64,000 nucleotides of DNA from Terriglobia bacterium (GTDB taxonomy: Bacteria; Acidobacteriota; Terriglobia; 20CM-2-55-15), in assembly GCA_965198225.1 (NCBI GenBank), contig CBDAOY010000006.1, forward strand, positions 576,001 to 640,000, read 5' to 3'. The translations under genes and the position numbers were made by a program. Positions 60,177 through 64,000 of the stretch are shown here, one piece after another. A model generated the notes under the pieces. The model saw only the letters and a program-made list of their open reading frames with translations, did no database searches and was not told the DNA's origin. Numbering within the stretch: position 1 is the stretch's first letter; each line of letters starts with the position of its first letter.

Positions 60177-61490
60177 TCACTCCTCGTCGACTTCACCGAC
60201 GCCGAGAAGCTCGTTTCTGGCGCAGACGACGAAATCAGTCTCGAGCATGATGAAATTGAAGGCGCGTGCCTGTTTCTTCGGAAGCCGGGAGGTGGCGAAC
60301 TGACCGAGGGAGCGGTCGAGAAGGCGCAGCGCGCGTCGCAGATCCTCGTTCTCGACAGCGGCGGCACCGCGATCGGCAGCCAGCGCCTGGCTCGTCCAGA
60401 TGGCCATCGGGTAATTGATGGCGAGTTTGGGAATCGCTTCGACGAATGGCAGCGACTGCTCGCCGGCGAGAAGGTAGCGTTGGCCGATGATCTTGGCACA
60501 CAGGAAGCTCTTGATCCTGCTCGCACCCTCCCGCTCGACAAAACTTCCGTCCACCTCAGTAATCTGTTCGAACGTGGCTGTCAACTCCCTGTTGTCGACG
60601 TAGGGCCTCTGCTCCGCCTTCCGGTAGCGATTGCCGATAGCGATGCGTTTTCTCTTCGCCGCCTCGAGCCTGTGGCCGCGCAGCAGATCTTCGTTTGACG
60701 TTGTCGGATTGAGCACCAGATAGAGCCATTGAAAGAAGATAGCTCGCTGCGTGCGGTCCATCTGTCCTTCCCACGGCATCTTGCTTATCTGGATTGGAAG
60801 CCCCTGAGAAAGGGCTTGGCGCAGTTGGGCGGCCGACTCGGTTGAGGGGTCTCCCGTGGTCGCCAGTCGGCTGTACTCCAGCAGGCAGCGAACACGATCG
60901 AAGAGGGACAACGAAGTGTCGTCGAGGAATGCGAGCATGTACTGCTCGATCTGCCACAGGATCTCGTCACTCAAAGCGGACTTTTCGTTGAGGTGGTGCT
61001 TTCGAGGTCGCGGGCTGCCCAGTTCGGTTTCGAGCAAGAGGCTCCACTCCGGGACTTGAGCCTTGAGTTCGGCCCCTTGACCGAGGCTGACAGCGCGACA
61101 GGAGAAGGCACAATCGACCGCGATGCGCTCCTTCAGAGGATAGAAGTGGAAGGGGTACATCCTGCACATCAGCGGCTTGCGCTCGGCACCGAAATGCTCG
61201 TGAATGCGGCACTGGCGGTCGGATCCGAGATAGATGCATGCACCATCCTCGCGCTTCTTCAAACGCCGCCCCGATCCCCCGCTCGAACCCGTAGCCGAGA
61301 CGCCCGGGGAGACACCAACCAGATCGTCGGCGCGTCCGCGCCAGTCGAGGCTAGCCAGCGACTCCGCCTCCTCGGGCGTCAGCAGGATGTTGGTGTTGAC
61401 GCAGCAGTCACCACACCCACTACACGTGAAACGGAGGTCGGACGGATAGTCGAAATCTGCAGTCACGAGGCAAGTCTCCCTCCCCAGCAT
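60177..61490 (-). CDS. YkgJ-family (CxxCxxCC) cysteine-cluster protein with C-terminal extension
   Basis: FTCSGCGDCC, GACIYL..QCRIH, KPLMCRMYPF. Confidence 0.82.
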   Translation of the reverse strand: MLGRETCLVTADFDYPSDLRFTCSGCGDCCVNTNILLTPEEAESLASLDWRGRADDLVGVSPGVSATGSSGGSGRRLKKREDGACIYLGSDRQCRIHEHFGAERKPLMCRMYPFHFYPLKERIAVDCAFSCRAVSLGQGAELKAQVPEWSLLLETELGSPRPRKHHLNEKSALSDEILWQIEQYMLAFLDDTSLSLFDRVRCLLEYSRLATTGDPSTESAAQLRQALSQGLPIQISKMPWEGQMDRTQRAIFFQWLYLVLNPTTSNEDLLRGHRLEAAKRKRIAIGNRYRKAEQRPYVDNRELTATFEQITEVDGSFVEREGASRIKSFLCAKIIGQRYLLAGEQSLPFVEAIPKLAINYPMAIWTSQALAADRGAAAVENEDLRRALRLLDRSLGQFATSRLPKKQARAFNFIMLETDFVVCARNELLGVGEVDEE

Positions 61491-61564
61491 AGTCGATCAG
61501 CGGCGAGTCGAACTCTTCGAGACCTTGAATCTCCTACATCATCCACATCTACGGTTAGCCGGCA

Positions 61565-61651
61565 CGACTACTCGCTCAAGTGGACTGTTCGGGATCCCCG
61601 GTCTTGATCAGAACCGATTTGATGGACATAGATGTCTGGATCGGTCAGCAT
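61565..61651 (+). repeat. Dispersed ~80-bp intergenic repeat, copy 2
   Basis: Homologous to 3290-3368. Confidence 0.75.
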
Positions 61652-61707
61652 CGCGCTCAAACGTTTCTGGTGATGAAACGACGGCTTCCAATCCAGAGGA
61701 GGGTGTC

Positions 61708-62030
61708 ATGAAGGCCTGGGGACTCGCCTTTCTTGTTCTTGCTTACGCCCCGCCCATCCCCGCCGCCCCACAGCAGGTCGGCGGCGTGGAGTTGATGGAA
61801 CTCACCGTCGCCCAGACCCACACAGCCATACTGGCCCGGACCCTCACGGCGCGGCAGCTCGTGGAGGCGTACCTGGCACGCATCGACGCCTACGACAAGC
61901 AGGGCCCAACCATCAACAGCCTCATCATGCTCAACCCCCGATGCCTGGAGCGCGCCGACGAGCTCGACGCCTACCTCGTCCGCACCGGACGCCTCATGGG
62001 GCCGCTCCACGGCATCCCCTTCATCGTCAC
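61708..62030 (+). pseudogene. Amidase N-terminal fragment truncated at a MITE remnant
   Basis: Signal peptide, LVEAYLARIDAYD, GPLHGIPFIV, then homology stops just before the expected KD. Confidence 0.82.
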
Positions 62031-62031
62031 C

Positions 62032-62113
62032 AGCATCGCTTTCCGTCTCCCTCCTCGACCTCGCCCGCAAGACCCATCGGCGATGGTGCCGATAGCACTG
62101 TTAAAGGCCACTT
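62032..62113 (-). mobile_element. Partial inverted copy (left ~82 bp) of the 28.1-kb MITE
   Basis: Reverse complement matches ~28155-28236 with only a few substitutions. Confidence 0.88.
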
Positions 62114-62418
62114 AGACTCCCGCGGGACGCTCAGGTCACCAGTCCAGGCCGAAATTCGTTTTGTATTGCTGTCGTTTCCTTCTTCGCCTGTCACTTCTGG
62201 ACTAATCGTCGCACTCTGGGCACTCGGCCGGCTGTGGGCGAGCTCACATTCGGACAATGTCCCATAAGTTGACTTGGACGTTTGAGTAGGGGCGATTGGA
62301 TGTACTTAGATGGATCTGCTCGCTTACGCGACACGAATTCTCTCGGCGCTGAGCGAGCCGATGGTTAGAATCTCCCAATGCTCGGGCCGTCCGGCCCTGG
62401 CGCAAGTGAGGTGAACCC

Positions 62419-63873
62419 ATGGTCAGAACTAAATCCGTTACGATAGGAGCCGCCCTCGTCGGAGTCCTGGCGTTGTTTCTCGCGGCAGCTCCGGTCGAGG
62501 CGCAGCTCGCGAGCCCGAGTGAGGACCCGGATGTCCAGGGGGCGATCAGGCTCTTCTCTGCGTGGCTCGACGGTCAGGTCGCCTATCGACAGCTTCCCGG
62601 CGTGGTGGTGGGCGTGGTGTCCGACCAGGAGCTCGTGTGGGCCCAGGGCTTCGGCTTCGCGAACGTCGATGCGAAGCGACCAATGGCGCTGAACACGCGG
62701 TTTCGCATGGCGTCGCACAGCAAGCTGTTCACCGCGACCGCGATCATGCAGCTGCGCGAGCAGGGCCGGCTCAGGCTCGACGATCCGGTGTCGGAGTATC
62801 TGCCCTGGTTCCGGGTGCAGTCGGCCGCCCAGGACGATCCGCCGATCACTATCGAGCACCTGCTCACCCACAGCTCCGGCCTTCCGCGCGAGGCAGGATC
62901 GCATTGGAGCGACTGGGAGTTTCCCACCCCCGAGGAGCTGAGAGAGCTCATCCCGAAGCGGCAGGCGCCATTCTCACCCGAGACCCGCTGGAAGTACTCG
63001 AACCTGGCGTACACGATCGCCGGGATGATCGTCGAAGCGGTGAGCGGCGAGATGTGGGCGCAATATCTTCAAAACAACATCTTCGATCCGCTCGGGATGT
63101 CGGCATCGAGCGTGGACCGCGACGTCGCAAGCTTGGCCACGGGCTACAGCCGCCGCATGCCGGACGGGTCGCGGCAGGTCATTCCCTTCGTCGATGCGCG
63201 CGGGATGGCCGCGGCAACCGGCCTCACGTCCTCGGTCGAAGACATGGCGAAGTTCGTCTCGGCCCAGTTCCGGAAGGGGCCGAGGGGTGGCGACCAGATT
63301 CTCAGCACCGCTTCTCTGCGGGAGATGCATCGTGTGCGGATGCTCGAGAGCACGTGGACCCAAGGGCAGGGGATCGGGTTCGCGGTCAGGCGCGTCGGGG
63401 ACAAGCTGTACGTGGGGCACGGGGGCGGCTATCCGGGCCATACGACGAACACCCTGATCCAGCTCGACTCGAAGGTAGGCGCGATCGTCCTGACGAACAC
63501 AAACGACTCGAATCCCGCGGACATCGCGCGACAGCTCATGAGCACGGTGGGCGAAGCCGTTGCCGAGGCGACCGCGACCGAGCCTGCCGTCCTCACGTGG
63601 GACCCGGCATGGGAGCGGTTCGCAGGGCTCTACCGGAGAATCGGTGGGGATAGACAGGTCGTCCTCCTGAACCAGCGCCTGGTGGTGATGACCCCAAACG
63701 CGCGCAGCATTGACGATTCGGTCGGGCTCGAGCCGATAGGCGACGGTCTGTTCCGTCTGACCGCTCCGACCGGAGGGGGGGCGGTCGGAGAGGTTGTCCG
63801 GTTCGTCGAGGAGAACGGACAGGTGGTCCGGATGATCATAGGGGATTCCTACGCGGATCGGGTCGGGAACTGA
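62419..63873 (+). CDS. Secreted serine hydrolase, beta-lactamase class C/AmpH-like
   Basis: RMASHSK (SxxK), LLTHSSGL, YSN, GHGG; signal peptide. Confidence 0.92.
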   Translation: MVRTKSVTIGAALVGVLALFLAAAPVEAQLASPSEDPDVQGAIRLFSAWLDGQVAYRQLPGVVVGVVSDQELVWAQGFGFANVDAKRPMALNTRFRMASHSKLFTATAIMQLREQGRLRLDDPVSEYLPWFRVQSAAQDDPPITIEHLLTHSSGLPREAGSHWSDWEFPTPEELRELIPKRQAPFSPETRWKYSNLAYTIAGMIVEAVSGEMWAQYLQNNIFDPLGMSASSVDRDVASLATGYSRRMPDGSRQVIPFVDARGMAAATGLTSSVEDMAKFVSAQFRKGPRGGDQILSTASLREMHRVRMLESTWTQGQGIGFAVRRVGDKLYVGHGGGYPGHTTNTLIQLDSKVGAIVLTNTNDSNPADIARQLMSTVGEAVAEATATEPAVLTWDPAWERFAGLYRRIGGDRQVVLLNQRLVVMTPNARSIDDSVGLEPIGDGLFRLTAPTGGGAVGEVVRFVEENGQVVRMIIGDSYADRVGN

Positions 63874-64000
63874 TCGCTGTGAGGTGAGCTTCAGAGGGGC
63901 GAGTTCCCCTTCCGCGATCGGCTGTCCGCCAAGCGGGGCTTCCGGACACAACCCACTCTGGTTGTATGGCGGCTCCACGTCCATGTGGATGCTGTAGGTT

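Overview
GC-rich bacterial window, most likely Acidobacteriota (inferred from the ADOP permease + PadR pair, the Ser/Thr kinase-beta-propeller gene and the DUF5916 and PQQ-propeller paralogs). No rRNA, tRNA, CRISPR array or core housekeeping genes were seen. It is an accessory mosaic of short, unrelated gene blocks, mostly secreted hydrolases (three serine hydrolases, two S9 peptidases, amidases, amidohydrolases), many present as dispersed paralog pairs, plus several frameshifted or truncated genes. Mobile DNA includes a tyrosine recombinase + IS91-family (Y2/HUH) transposase element, a complete IS1182-family element with CTAG flanks, a highly structured ~290-bp MITE family and a GTAG-type REP doublet. 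The most unusual signals are: (1) a degenerate ~21-bp motif, CGRCTAYWCG-N5-GTGGAT, found about 10 times at junctions between gene blocks, including just beyond the integrase/IS91 element, with left and right flanks that appear to reassort between copies, suggesting a recombination or cassette system; (2) a small-protein island (50.6-57.2 kb) with two RRM genes sharing a conserved ~100-nt leader, a LIM-like half zinc-finger miniprotein and other sub-60-aa ORFs missing from the ORF track. All alignments were done by eye and family names are from motif recognition, not database searches.
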